NCBI GenBank assembly: GCA_013265495.1
Contig: MU058387.1
Span: 496,001 to 560,000 of the forward strand
Direction: 5' to 3'
From: Vicugna vicugna
Lineage: Eukaryota
Length of the DNA stretch: 64,000 nt
In this document: positions 63,523-64,000 of the stretch, one piece after another
Layout of the letters: every line of letters starts with the position of its first letter
Numbering within the stretch: position 1 is the first letter of the stretch
Notes under the pieces: generated by a model
Told to the model about the DNA's origin: nothing
Database searches by the model: none
What the model saw: the letters and a program-made list of their open reading frames with translations, nothing else
Position numbers and translations under genes: made by a program

Positions 63523-64000
63523 CCAAATTTGCTTGAAAATGTTTCAGTGTTGCATTTCCAAATCTTTCAAATTAGATGTTCCAAGCTTTAAGGCTTTCTG
63601 CTATAAGCCTGGCTCAACTATCATAATGATTGCTCATGGGCTTTTCCAGCTTGTATTTGATCTGGAAATCTTATAAGACGAAGTGATTCTCAGCATCATC
63701 TCTTCCGTAGGTGCTAAGATTTAGGTTTGATTCAATACTTTAGTGTAAAGGCTTAAACATTATTCACTTGAATAGACTCACAAATAAAAATTAATATCAT
63801 GAAAAGAAAGCCAGTTTAATGCTATGCTTGAAATAAAATTCAGGATTAAATTCCAGAGCCATTATGGTGACAATGGTGGGGGTGATGGTGGTTGAGAAAA
63901 TGAACTAAATAATTAAAGTAAGTAAAGCATTGGGATTGATCTCTGTGGGGGCCCATTTTGTCATAGTAGCAACTAAAATGACTTTCTTTCCCTCCCTGTA

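Noticed and set aside
1..64000. CRISPR array, operon or prokaryotic defence system
   Set aside because: No regularly spaced repeat-spacer array or gene-dense coding region; the repeat content is clearly mammalian.

Overview
Mammalian genomic DNA, moderately AT-rich and most likely from a camelid. The evidence is two tRNA-derived SINEs of the camelid vic-1 type plus cetartiodactyl-type L1 3' ends. The window looks intronic or intergenic. Much of it is ancient interspersed repeat (L2, MIR, old L1M, MaLR MLT1 and ERVL LTR16/33 solo LTRs, and hAT/Tigger MITEs such as MER2, MER20, MER53, MER58) plus microsatellites. I recognise no protein-coding gene. The longest ORFs in the track fall in repeats or microsatellites, and the rest look like chance ORFs. 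The firmest non-transposon observation is a perfect 36-nt 5' U2 snRNA retro-fragment flanked by a 12-bp target-site duplication (59182-59217). Weaker leads are splice-site-bounded, phase-compatible open segments that could be exons of an unrecognised gene or lncRNA (+ strand 13.7/23.1/30.5 kb; - strand 0-3.6 kb; - strand terminal-exon candidate at 56.2 kb), and a few motif clusters that look regulatory. I found no convincing novel biological system. Repeat family names come from recalled consensus similarity, not a database search, and repeat boundaries are approximate.
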